NCBI GenBank assembly: GCA_965198235.1
Contig: OZ240248.1
Span: forward strand, 960,001-1,024,000
From: Candidatus Poribacteria bacterium
Lineage (GTDB): Bacteria; Poribacteria; WGA-4E; WGA-3G
Length of the DNA: 64,000 nucleotides
Direction of reading: 5' to 3'
Every line of letters begins with the position of its first letter. Positions within the stretch are counted from its first letter, which is position 1. Positions 8,794 through 17,746 of the stretch are shown here, in pieces. Both the position numbers and the translations under genes were made by a program. The notes below the pieces were generated by a model. The model saw nothing but the letters and a program-made list of their open reading frames with translations, had not been told where the DNA came from and searched no databases.

Positions 8794-9498
8794 TTATCTG
8801 TTAGCAAGTGCGATGTTAGGAACCAGTTGTGGATTCTGTCTAACCTTTTCAAAGACGCGAAATCCGTCTCGACACACGAATTCACATAATTTTTTGAATA
8901 CAAACCCTTTAAGGGCAACCCCCATGACTCCAAGCTCACGTGCTAAACCGCTGCCAGCTGGAACGAAATGGACATTTGGTGAATCAGGAATCAATTTCTT
9001 GTACCCTATACCAAGCAGAAAAATTTGGGTAACCCTATTGGGAACCTCAAGGGGGAGTTGCAATGCTTGGACATATTCTTTACCCAATAAGAAGAAAACG
9101 AGGTCATAACCAACGATTAAGGTTTCTACGTGTTTATGGAGTTGAAGGCTATTGCTACGTGCTAAAAGATTGCCTTTGTTAAGCCCTGAAAATGTGACGT
9201 TGTAAGGAACAATAACATCATCTTCAGCAAGCAATCCGTATCCAGCAGAAATAATATATAAATCAACAACTGCCGATCCATAAACCTTCCGAACTTCTTC
9301 CAATCCTGCCATCAGATGTTGATGTTGTTGACCTGTGTACATCTCGGCAGCAGGAATTTCAAAATCTTTCAACTCTGCTGTTCGCCGGTGAAGACGCTCT
9401 GGTGAAGCAAAATCTTCATACTTGAGTTGGTTCGGGAGTTTATGTTTTTTTCGACCTGTGCAAGAGGTAATAACCAATATACGCATAAATCCAGTCAT
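8794..9498 (-). CDS. DUF6884/YaaA-like protein
   Basis: ILVITSCTGRKK, PAAEMYTG, LYIISAGYGLL, IVPYNVTF motifs. Confidence 0.7.
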   Translation of the reverse strand: MTGFMRILVITSCTGRKKHKLPNQLKYEDFASPERLHRRTAELKDFEIPAAEMYTGQQHQHLMAGLEEVRKVYGSAVVDLYIISAGYGLLAEDDVIVPYNVTFSGLNKGNLLARSNSLQLHKHVETLIVGYDLVFFLLGKEYVQALQLPLEVPNRVTQIFLLGIGYKKLIPDSPNVHFVPAGSGLARELGVMGVALKGFVFKKLCEFVCRDGFRVFEKVRQNPQLVPNIALANR

Positions 9499-10244
9499 TA
9501 CTGCTGATTATGTGCGATTTCAATTAACTGCTGGGGATCTTGTTTGACTTGTTCAAACACACCGAAGCCGTCACGACACGCAGCTTCACACAGCCGCCTC
9601 AGGACAACCCCTTTCAGTGCCCAATTTGTGGTGCGAATGCTTTTCTGCAGAGCACTTCCAGTTTCAACAACGTGGACATTCGGCAATTCTTCGTTCACGA
9701 CGCGCTTGTGACTCGGTGCAAGCAAGAAAATCAGCGTTGTCGCCCGCTCCACCTCAAAAACGCGTTGTAGTGAGAGAATATCGTCTGGTCTCAATAGCAA
9801 AAAAACGAGGTCGTAACTCTCTATTAAATCTACCATCTGCTCAGGGATGCCACTCTCACCGAATTCTAATACCTCAAGCTCGTGAAGTGGAGCCGTATCG
9901 AAAGGCACGATAACATCTTCTTCGTTAACTGGACTCTTTTGCCCATCAACGCGGCAGAAATACCACGGAAAATACAGATCGAGCGTTGTCTCACCGGACT
10001 GCGCGTGTTCCCGAATTTGTTTTAACCCTTCCCGTAATTGGGCATTCAAAGGTCCCGTAAACATCTCTCCAGCGGGCGCGCTGTAGTCTCGACTTTCATG
10101 ATACCATCCCTCATCGTTGTAACCACAGAGTTCTTTTATGCGCCGCTCAAGGTGCTCAGGCGAACTGCAATCTTCACCTCGAAGGAGATTATCGGGTTTA
10201 TATTTTTGCCCTGTCGTATAAGGGCTCAAGACCAATATTTTCAT
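9498..10244 (-). CDS. Diverged paralog of the downstream DUF6884/YaaA-like gene
   Basis: ILVLSPYTTGQK, PAGEMFTG, VIVPFD, YDLVFLLL, ALKGVVLRRLCEAACRDGFGVFEQV; TAATG stop/start overlap. Confidence 0.7.
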   Translation of the reverse strand: MKILVLSPYTTGQKYKPDNLLRGEDCSSPEHLERRIKELCGYNDEGWYHESRDYSAPAGEMFTGPLNAQLREGLKQIREHAQSGETTLDLYFPWYFCRVDGQKSPVNEEDVIVPFDTAPLHELEVLEFGESGIPEQMVDLIESYDLVFLLLRPDDILSLQRVFEVERATTLIFLLAPSHKRVVNEELPNVHVVETGSALQKSIRTTNWALKGVVLRRLCEAACRDGFGVFEQVKQDPQQLIEIAHNQQ

Positions 10245-10266
10245 GTGAATGACTTTCAGTTGGTTT

Positions 10267-10368
10267 GTTGGGTTTCGCTATCTCTATCTACACAAACGTA
10301 GCATTGAAAACCAGAAGCTTCCCTATAAATAAGAGACCCCTTCTCTTTTAACGCTCAACCCAACCTAC
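10267..10368 (-). repeat. Extended GTAG-type REP (family A)
   Basis: GTTGGGTTTCGCT...CGCTCAACCCAACCTAC. Confidence 0.85.
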
Positions 10369-10382
10369 GTTTCCTCACGTTA

Positions 10383-11555
10383 TTAGGCTGGTTGCTGTCC
10401 TCGATTCCAGAGATACAGGATCGGACTCGCGATGAATACTGAAGAGTATGTACCTACCAATATACCCACGATGAGTGCCAAGGCGAACGTGTTAATTTCC
10501 TCGCCCGAACCGGTGATGAGGAAGATAACCAGAACAACAAACAGCGTTGTCAACGACGTGATAACGGTTCGATTCAGCGACTGGTTGATGCTTCTGTTCA
10601 AAACTGTAACGTAGTCAGTACCGCGTAAGGATTGCGTATTTTCCCGAATCCGGTCGAATACGACGATTGTATCATTGAGCGAATAACCAATAATCGTGAG
10701 GAATGCGGCAACAGTTGGTAGATTAATCTCCTTTGACAGAACGGCAAAGACACCCAAGGTAATGACGACATCGTGTACAAGCGCGGCGATTGCGCCGATG
10801 GCAAAACGGAACTCAAACCGCCAAGAGATATACAGTAACAAAATAGCAATCGCACCAAGCACTGACCAAAGTGCCGCCAATTTAAGGTCGCGTCCAACAC
10901 TCGGTCCGACTTCAGAGATATTGACACCGCCAGCGAGTGCTTGCCAGCCCCCAGGTGATCGAAAGTCACCTTCAAGTAAGACATCTGTGAGAATTCTGCC
11001 GACACTTGCCTGGACTTGGATAGTGGCGTTTTCACTTAAGTCAATTTCGAAGGGTCTTGCGAACGTCAACTGAATTGTCCCATTTTCGGTAGCATCATCA
11101 CGTGCGATAATCTCATTGCGTTGTTGCATACTGCCATCAATGAGTTGGACAGTTTCACCTATCTCCAATAGATGCGCTTTCTGGGCAGTACGACTCACTT
11201 GAAGATCGGTAGCGGTCGTATCACCCGGATCTGTCATAATAGGGATATTAATCAACTGCTGCTGAAATTCAGGGCGATACCCCATAGAAACGAATGCCTC
11301 GTTTTTGCTGGCATCTATCTGTATCTTAACACGTTCGTAGCCGATTTCGGTGAGTTTGGCTTGCAGCTCGGCTTCAGTGACCGCCCTGTTGAATTTGGCT
11401 TGGATCTTAACGCCGCCACGGAAATCAATGCCGAAGTTTGGTCCTTGATGAATCACGAGGAAAACCAAACCGATAACGATGATCACCGCTGAGAAGACAA
11501 AACCGGTCCGGTGTTTACTGATAAAATCGAAGTTTGTATCTTTAAGTAATTCCAT
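10383..11555 (-). CDS. secF: Protein translocase subunit SecF
   Basis: GIDFRGG, VGPSVG, HDV, IIGYSLNDTIVVFDRIREN, RTVITSLTT, GTYSSVFIA. Confidence 0.97.
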   Translation of the reverse strand: MELLKDTNFDFISKHRTGFVFSAVIIVIGLVFLVIHQGPNFGIDFRGGVKIQAKFNRAVTEAELQAKLTEIGYERVKIQIDASKNEAFVSMGYRPEFQQQLINIPIMTDPGDTTATDLQVSRTAQKAHLLEIGETVQLIDGSMQQRNEIIARDDATENGTIQLTFARPFEIDLSENATIQVQASVGRILTDVLLEGDFRSPGGWQALAGGVNISEVGPSVGRDLKLAALWSVLGAIAILLLYISWRFEFRFAIGAIAALVHDVVITLGVFAVLSKEINLPTVAAFLTIIGYSLNDTIVVFDRIRENTQSLRGTDYVTVLNRSINQSLNRTVITSLTTLFVVLVIFLITGSGEEINTFALALIVGILVGTYSSVFIASPILYLWNRGQQPA

Positions 11556-11645
11556 ATTTTTAACTATGAGCCTCTGGGCACCCTTCCACTTTTTAATTTA
11601 TGGGATCCTGGGCATCGTTCCACTTCGTTTCACGATGGTTTCTGG
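11556..11645. repeat. Family B repeat (partial plus full copy) abutting the secF start
   Basis: TTTTTAATTTATGGGATCCTGGG-CATCGT-TCCACTTCGTTTC-ACGATG-GTTTCTGG. Confidence 0.8.
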
Positions 11646-11671
11646 AGAAGTAAAGAGCCTGCTTCGGATTA

Positions 11672-11807
11672 TTAGCTATTAGCTATCAGCTATCAGTGAA
11701 AAGGTAGGTTTGCAACAAACCACCCTCTCCCTGAAGTACTCCAAGATGGGTAGATTGTTACAAGAAACCCTCTTAACTGACTGCCGATGACTAAAGACTG
11801 ACAGCCA
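11672..11807. repeat. Family C heptamer palindromic repeat, without the nested mini-insert
   Basis: TAGCTATCAGCTATCAG...TACTCCAAGATGGGTAGATTGTTACA...CCTCTTAACTGACTGCCGATGAC. Confidence 0.75.
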
Positions 11808-13754
11808 TTAAATGCTGAGTTTTTGCACGTCCCTATTTCCAATTATCAAGCCGTATATCTCGCGTGTGACAATAATCGCCGTGAACATACTCGCGAGGAT
11901 ACCAATGCCGAGTGTTACCGCAAATCCTTTAATCGGACCCGTCCCGAAATGATAGAGGACAAGTGCGGTAAAGAACGTCGTAAGATTGGCATCTATAATC
12001 GTTATAAATGCGCGCTGATAGCCGCTCGTGATAGCCGGCCAGACGGTTTTGCCGGTTCGCAATTCTTCGCGAATCCGCTCGAAGATTAGCACATTCGCAT
12101 CAACAGACATGCCTATAGTTAGGACAAGCCCAGCAATACCGGGTAGTGTCAACGCCGCGCCGAAGCCTGCCAATGCCCCAAGGATGATGAGCATATTAAA
12201 ACCGAGAGCAACAATAGCGACAAGTCCAGAGAAGCGGTAGTAAATCACCATGAAAATGAGGACCCCGCCCAACCCAATGAGTGCAGCGAGGACACCATCG
12301 TTGATGGATTCCTGCCCAAGCGTGGGACCGACAGTGCGTTCCTCGGCGATCTGAACCCCCACTGGAAACGCGCCTGCCTTCAGGATATTGGAAAGGTAAC
12401 TTGCTTCCTCATAAGTGAAATTTCCTTGAATAATGGCGTTTCCGACAATCTGGTCTTGGATGACAGGTGCAGATTGCACTTTACTGTCAAGGAGAATTGC
12501 TAAATGTTCACCAATATGATCACCTGTGACTTGCGCGAATTTGCGTCTGCCGATACTATCAAAACTCATTGAAACGACGATGTCAAAACTGGTTCTACCT
12601 GTAGAGGGTCCAGCATCGTTGATACGGTCGCCGCTCAGGAGAACGGGACTATTTAGGACATACCAGTTGCCGGTTTCGTAGTGATAGCGGACTTCACTAC
12701 CATCTGGAATATTATCAGGTATCGGTGTATCAGAAGTTCCGCTCCACAAACTTCCACCAGTCGGTGATTTCTCAACAAGTTTAAACTCGAGCCTGCCCAT
12801 GGTCTTAACGATTTGTAGTGGCTTCGAGGAGTCTTTAGCACCTGGAAGTTCAACGATGATTCTCGGGTGATTCGCCTCTCGTCGGATAGACGGTTCTGAA
12901 ACACCGAATGCATCAACACGATTTCGCAAAACAATAAGCACCTGCTCAATCGCCTGCTCGCTATACTTCTGAATGCCACGTTCACTGAGTGCTAACTGAT
13001 ACGTGGACTGCGTTTCTGTTTCGGCACTGACCTGTGCATCTTCAAAAAATTCGATTTCGTTAAGGAGACGTTGGGCTTTCTCCAGATACTCCGTCTTTTC
13101 ATTAACATCCGACCGCAGTCTGGAAGGGATTCCGACGAATACGTTTAGTGTGTCTTGTCCTTCTACCTGTTTAACTTCTCGGCATAAAACATCGTCTGTG
13201 CGAAGTCGTTCGGGAATCGAGTGGGTGTGTTCACGGAGCAGTTCCGTTTTGGAGGCTTCCAAATCTACCTCAAGGACAAGGTGGACACCGCCTTTGAGGT
13301 CCAACCCTAACTTCAATCGGCTCGCGGGTATGAGTCGCCGCAGGACCGTTGGGAGGCTGCCGTATAGATGTAAATTGTCAAGTGTTGCGCGTGGGTTCTG
13401 ACGTGCCTTCTCCGAGATGAGCCGAACATAAAATTCGCGTGCTTCAGTGGTATCAAATTCATAATCACGTGTCTCCTCAAGTTCAAGTTTCCTTAAGTGG
13501 ACTCGGAAGACATCCTGAAGTTCAAAGGTGGCATCCTGGAAGTTGATTCCTTCGGGGTACTCGACATCTGCGAGATTTACCTTCAAAGCGTTGTCTTCAG
13601 TGACTTCAAAGGGTGGGAGTTTCTCCTGCATCCAGAGCGGTAGGTTTCCGTACAACGGATTGTAGAAGTTATCCGGGGTAGGAATGAGGTATAGTACGGA
13701 AAACAGAAAGACCCCGAGGATTAAAACAATTTTCCAGATACTGAATCTGTACAT
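11808..13754 (-). CDS. secD: Protein translocase subunit SecD
   Basis: LGLDLKGG, RNRVDAFGVSEP, IIVELPG, ERTVGPTLG, LTLPGIAG, GMSVDANVLIFERIREE. Confidence 0.97.
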   Translation of the reverse strand: MYRFSIWKIVLILGVFLFSVLYLIPTPDNFYNPLYGNLPLWMQEKLPPFEVTEDNALKVNLADVEYPEGINFQDATFELQDVFRVHLRKLELEETRDYEFDTTEAREFYVRLISEKARQNPRATLDNLHLYGSLPTVLRRLIPASRLKLGLDLKGGVHLVLEVDLEASKTELLREHTHSIPERLRTDDVLCREVKQVEGQDTLNVFVGIPSRLRSDVNEKTEYLEKAQRLLNEIEFFEDAQVSAETETQSTYQLALSERGIQKYSEQAIEQVLIVLRNRVDAFGVSEPSIRREANHPRIIVELPGAKDSSKPLQIVKTMGRLEFKLVEKSPTGGSLWSGTSDTPIPDNIPDGSEVRYHYETGNWYVLNSPVLLSGDRINDAGPSTGRTSFDIVVSMSFDSIGRRKFAQVTGDHIGEHLAILLDSKVQSAPVIQDQIVGNAIIQGNFTYEEASYLSNILKAGAFPVGVQIAEERTVGPTLGQESINDGVLAALIGLGGVLIFMVIYYRFSGLVAIVALGFNMLIILGALAGFGAALTLPGIAGLVLTIGMSVDANVLIFERIREELRTGKTVWPAITSGYQRAFITIIDANLTTFFTALVLYHFGTGPIKGFAVTLGIGILASMFTAIIVTREIYGLIIGNRDVQKLSI

Positions 13755-13783
13755 CCAAAATTACTCCTAGACATTAGAATAGT

Positions 13784-13837
13784 TTTTACCATCAACTCGC
13801 GCCTTTGGAAGATGTGGAAGACGAGTTGATGGTTAAA
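13784..13837. repeat. Family D hairpin
   Basis: TTTTACCATCAACTCG-loop-CGAGTTGATGGTTAAA. Confidence 0.85.
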
Positions 13838-13902
13838 GTTATCAGTTTTTATGGTTGTCTTAATGGCTATCAGCTGACTGCCATTAAGACAACTCTTCGA
13901 GA

Positions 13903-13975
13903 CGCGCCTGGGAGGAATCGAACCCCCGACACGAGGCTTAGGAAGCCACTGCTCTATCCAGTGAGCTACAGGCGC
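13903..13975 (-). tRNA. tRNA-Arg, anticodon CCT; CCA not encoded
   Basis: GCGCCTG-TA-GCTC ACTGGATA GAGC-A-GTGGC TTCCTAA GCCTC-GTGTC-GGGGG TTCGATT CCTCC-CAGGCGC-G; one mismatch in the anticodon stem. Confidence 0.93.
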
Positions 13976-13986
13976 ACGCGTTAATC

Positions 13987-14502
13987 CTAATATTTAATGA
14001 GTGAAAAAATATCGTGGTTTGGAATCTTCTCCCTACCGTTGAGGTCGGTCAATTCAATTAAGAGTGCGATACCAACGATATGGCCTTCCAGTTTCTCAAT
14101 GAGTTCAACCGATGCAGCAAGTGTGCCACCAGTTGCCAAAACGTCATCACATATAAGCACGCTGCTGTGCTTGGGGAAGGCATCTTGATGAATCGCAATC
14201 GTATCATGACCGTACTCAAGATCGTATGTGGCTTCGTGTGTCTCATAAGGCAACTTACCCTTTTTCCGGATAGGGACAAAAGCGGCACCGATCCGATACG
14301 CGAGCGTAGCGGCAAAAATGAAACCGCGCGCCTCAGTTCCAGCAACAACATCAATTGCCTCAAGTTTATAACGGAGTGCAAACTCATCAATTGCTTTATG
14401 GAAAGCAGTTGGGTTCCCTAAAAGTGGCGTGATATCTTTAAATAAAATACCCGGTTTCGGAAAGTCGGGTATTTCTCGAATAAATCGTGAAAAATCGTGC
14501 AT
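13987..14502 (-). CDS. apt: Adenine phosphoribosyltransferase
   Basis: IPDFPKPGILFKDITPLL, EARGF, RKKGKLP, LEYG, DDVLATGGT. Confidence 0.97.
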   Translation of the reverse strand: MHDFSRFIREIPDFPKPGILFKDITPLLGNPTAFHKAIDEFALRYKLEAIDVVAGTEARGFIFAATLAYRIGAAFVPIRKKGKLPYETHEATYDLEYGHDTIAIHQDAFPKHSSVLICDDVLATGGTLAASVELIEKLEGHIVGIALLIELTDLNGREKIPNHDIFSLIKY

Positions 14503-15560
14503 TATGTCCCTTTTTCCTCCTGATGCGGGTGTATCATAATCTTCATCCCTTGTCGGGATTCCATTGCCTCAAAAGCTTCGCCAATTTCAATAAGTGGAAA
14601 ATGGTGTGTGATGAGAGACTTCACACGCACTAAACCTTTTTCAAGAAGCCGTACCGCCAATTCGTGGTGTCGTGGCACACACCCGTGCGACCCTGTGACG
14701 AAACATTCTTTATAGTGGATAACATTGGAGAGAACGCTCATCGGACGCATGGTTTTTGGTAACCCACCAAACAGATTGACGTACCCGCGGTGCGCTACCA
14801 TTTCAACGGCTTGTTCGTGCGCTTCAACGGAAGCACACGTGGTAACGACGATATCGGGTCCCTCGCCTCCGGTTTCCTCCTTGCATCTTTCAATCACGTC
14901 TTCCTCTTCGGAAGCGATATAAGCATCTGCTTCATAGAATTTCGCAATCTCCATTCGGAGTTTGCTGCGTTGTACACCAATCACCTTCGTCGCACCCATA
15001 ACCCGAGCGAGGTCAATCATCATACATCCAATCGGTCCAAGACCGATGATGACGACGGTCTTCCCCAGAGACATGTTAACGAGTTCAAGCCCGTTGATAG
15101 CACAGGCGAGCGGTTCAGCAAGTGCGGCTTCATCAAAACTGAGCGTCGCATCGAACGGTGTAACAGGTCCCTCCTCCAAAACGAGACGGGGAAGTTTCAT
15201 ATATTGTGCGAAAGCACCGGGGATTTGGTAGCCGATGGCGTAGTTGATGTCACAGTTGTTTCCGAGTCCATCTCGGCACCAATGACATTGCCCGCAGGGG
15301 ACATCAGCACCGATTGAAACTCGATCGCCTTCTTTGACGCGCGTCACATTTTTGCCTGTTTTAACGATGACACCGGAATTTTCATGTCCAATGATGGTGG
15401 GTGGTTTGACTCTTGGATTCCCGTGATGAAGAATACGAACATCAGAGCCACATATACTGACGGCTTCAATGCGCATCAAAGCGGCATCATCGTCAATTTC
15501 GGGTTCAGGTACCTCTTTCACACTTAAGTTATCAAGACTTTCAAGTATAGCTGCTTTCAT
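14502..15560 (-). CDS. Zn-dependent MDR dehydrogenase (sorbitol/threonine dehydrogenase-like)
   Basis: ICGSD, GHE, CGQCHWC...C, EPLAC, GLGPIG; start at MKAAIL because the track's upstream extension lies in a repeat. Confidence 0.9.
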   Translation of the reverse strand: MKAAILESLDNLSVKEVPEPEIDDDAALMRIEAVSICGSDVRILHHGNPRVKPPTIIGHENSGVIVKTGKNVTRVKEGDRVSIGADVPCGQCHWCRDGLGNNCDINYAIGYQIPGAFAQYMKLPRLVLEEGPVTPFDATLSFDEAALAEPLACAINGLELVNMSLGKTVVIIGLGPIGCMMIDLARVMGATKVIGVQRSKLRMEIAKFYEADAYIASEEEDVIERCKEETGGEGPDIVVTTCASVEAHEQAVEMVAHRGYVNLFGGLPKTMRPMSVLSNVIHYKECFVTGSHGCVPRHHELAVRLLEKGLVRVKSLITHHFPLIEIGEAFEAMESRQGMKIMIHPHQEEKGT

Positions 15561-15715
15561 TTTTCTAACTATGGGACTCCGATCTGCCCTCCACTTCGTT
15601 TCGGGCAGGTGTCTGGTCCAATTCACACAAGGGTGGATCCACTCAAACTCCTCGTACTTTAACAGAAACCACTGTGAAAGGTAGTGGAACAGTGACCAGA
15701 TTCAATTATTAAAAA
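15561..15715. repeat. Inverted pair of family B repeats
   Basis: CTGCCC-TCCACTTCGTTTC-GGGCAG and a reverse copy ending ATTATTAAAAA. Confidence 0.8.
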
Positions 15716-15724
15716 TACTCGTTC

Positions 15725-16780
15725 TCACTGCGAAGCAGGATGAATCAAGACTTTTGCATAAAATTCACTTTTGTCTCGCATCTTATGTAACATGTCAGCA
15801 CTATCAACCAGCGGAACTTTGTGCGTTACCAGAGGTGTGAGCGTTAGCATACCAGAGGCAATCGCTTGGAGAACAGTACGCCAGTCATCGTCATTGCCCG
15901 CCGCGCTGTAATCGGAATTCCAAGTTCCGAAGACAGACACCTCACGCCGCATTAATTGTGAGATAAGAGATGCCGGTAGCGTCACATCTGCAGCGGGATT
16001 GCCGAGAAAAACGACACTCCCTCCGCGTCCTACACTCCCCAGCGCATTCCGATAGGTAGCAGGGACACCTGCCGCCTCAATACAAACATGCGCACCCTTT
16101 TCATCGGTCCGGGCATTCACGACTTCAATTGGCTCTTCAGTCGCGCTATTGAAAACTTTATCGAAACCGAGTCGCTTCGCCAGTTCCAGTTTCTCCGCAA
16201 CAATATCAAAGAGAAATACCTCTGCCGCGCCCATTATTCTTGTCCATTGTGCTACCATTAACCCGATCGGTCCCGCACCGAAGACAGCGACTATCTTTCC
16301 AGCGAGCGAGGTTTGAACACGACGGAGTGCATGCAGGGCAACTGCGGCGGGTTCTGTCATTGATGCCTCTTCCAGCGTCACTCCTTGCGGTACAGGTATC
16401 AAATTCGCCTTCGGTGCGACGACAAATTCAGCGAAGGCACCATCGCTTCGTGAACCGAGGTAGTCATAATCATGGCATTGGACATATTTCCCCTGTTCAC
16501 ACGCCGGACACGTGCCACACCAGAGCAATGGAAAGACGACGACAGGATCCCCTGGAGCAAAATCTTCAACCCCAGGACCACACGTATCAACAACGCCAGC
16601 GAATTCGTGCCCACAAACCGTTGGAAAACTATAGGTGCCTTTGACAAAAATTCTCGGAATATCGGAACCACAGACCCCACAGAACCCAATTCGGACGCGC
16701 ACCTCCCCTTCAGCGAGAGGCGGCACTGGAATTTGTTCTAATCGTAAATCTCCAATTCCGTGGAGGACAAGGGCTTCCAT
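15725..16780 (-). CDS. Galactitol-1-phosphate 5-dehydrogenase-like Zn MDR enzyme
   Basis: GVCGSDIPR, GHEF, YDYLGSRSDGAFAEF, GAGPIG, GTWNS. Confidence 0.85.
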   Translation of the reverse strand: MEALVLHGIGDLRLEQIPVPPLAEGEVRVRIGFCGVCGSDIPRIFVKGTYSFPTVCGHEFAGVVDTCGPGVEDFAPGDPVVVFPLLWCGTCPACEQGKYVQCHDYDYLGSRSDGAFAEFVVAPKANLIPVPQGVTLEEASMTEPAAVALHALRRVQTSLAGKIVAVFGAGPIGLMVAQWTRIMGAAEVFLFDIVAEKLELAKRLGFDKVFNSATEEPIEVVNARTDEKGAHVCIEAAGVPATYRNALGSVGRGGSVVFLGNPAADVTLPASLISQLMRREVSVFGTWNSDYSAAGNDDDWRTVLQAIASGMLTLTPLVTHKVPLVDSADMLHKMRDKSEFYAKVLIHPASQ

Positions 16781-16867
16781 TTTTTAAATGATTCGGCTCC
16801 CGGGCATCGCCTTTTAATTTATTGGCTCCTGGGCGTTGTTCCACTTCGTTTCACAACGGTTTCTGGT
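16781..16867. repeat. Family B repeat (partial plus full) abutting a start codon
   Basis: CGTTGT-TCCACTTCGTTTC-ACAACG-GTTTCTGG. Confidence 0.8.
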
Positions 16868-17628
16868 CAATTAGCTGGGTTCTCAACAAAAGGCTTAGAA
16901 GATCCGAAACGCCCGCCTTCTCTTTCTGAGAGCCCCAGTGCAACCGCTTTCTGTGCCCGCTGAACGTTCTCAAGCCGTGAACCCGATTTTTGAAAAACGC
17001 TACTGGTTCCGCCGACTAAGATATCTGCACCCGCAGATACCATTTTGGGGATATTCTCAAAACTCACGTTGCCATCAACTTCAATAGGTAAATCGACACC
17101 GCGTTCGTTCAAAAAAGCACGACATTCCGCGATTTTTCGGAGGGTCGCCGGTACTAACTTCTGTCCTGCAAACCCCGGATTCACCGTCATAATCAGCACA
17201 AAATCAAGCCGTTCCAGAACATAAGCCAATGCAGAGAGCGGTGTTGCGGGGTTGAGAGCTGCTCCTGCCTTGATTCCATGTGCTCGAATCAGAGATAACG
17301 TTCTATCAAGATGTATTGCTGACTCAACGTGAACGGCTATCTGCTGCACACCAATCTCAGCGACTGCATCGACAAAGAAATCGTTGTTTTCTACCATGAG
17401 GTGAATGTCAAAAGCACAGTCTGTCTTTGAGCGTAATTGTTGAATAAGTGCGAGTCCGATCGGCATATTCGGGACAAAATGCGCGTCCATTAAGTCAAAA
17501 TGTAGCATGTTAACGCCAGCAGCTTCTAATTCCCGAATATCGGCTTCTAAGTTGCATAAATCCGCGCACATCACCGATGGTGCAATGTGGATGTCCGGTT
17601 CTGAAAACGCCGTATTTACAACAGACAA
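16867..17628 (-). CDS. Ribulose-phosphate 3-epimerase family (Rpe/AlsE-like)
   Basis: IAPSVMCAD, HFDLMDAHFVPN, DIHLMV, ALNPATP, MTVNPGFAGQ, EVDG; TTG 17628 has a GGGAG SD, start uncertain. Confidence 0.9.
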   Translation of the reverse strand: MSVVNTAFSEPDIHIAPSVMCADLCNLEADIRELEAAGVNMLHFDLMDAHFVPNMPIGLALIQQLRSKTDCAFDIHLMVENNDFFVDAVAEIGVQQIAVHVESAIHLDRTLSLIRAHGIKAGAALNPATPLSALAYVLERLDFVLIMTVNPGFAGQKLVPATLRKIAECRAFLNERGVDLPIEVDGNVSFENIPKMVSAGADILVGGTSSVFQKSGSRLENVQRAQKAVALGLSEREGGRFGSSKPFVENPAN

Positions 17629-17696
17629 AATAGTACTCCCAAACGTCAAAATTTCTGTGCTTTTCCTAAGGTAGGCTTGCAAATGAAACCGTTAAT

Positions 17697-17725
17697 AGTA
17701 TAGCATAAAATGAAGAATTTGTCAA
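17697..17725 (-). promoter_or_regulatory. Sigma-70 promoter of the epimerase/dehydrogenase operon
   Basis: TTGACA-17 nt-TATACT with extended TG. Confidence 0.75.
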
Positions 17726-17746
17726 ATTTTCGCATAGCGCGCGAGG

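Noticed and set aside
13903-13975. tRNA-Arg as pseudo-tRNA or integration site
   Set aside because: A single stem mismatch is tolerable; I saw no duplicated 3' end or integrase in the window.
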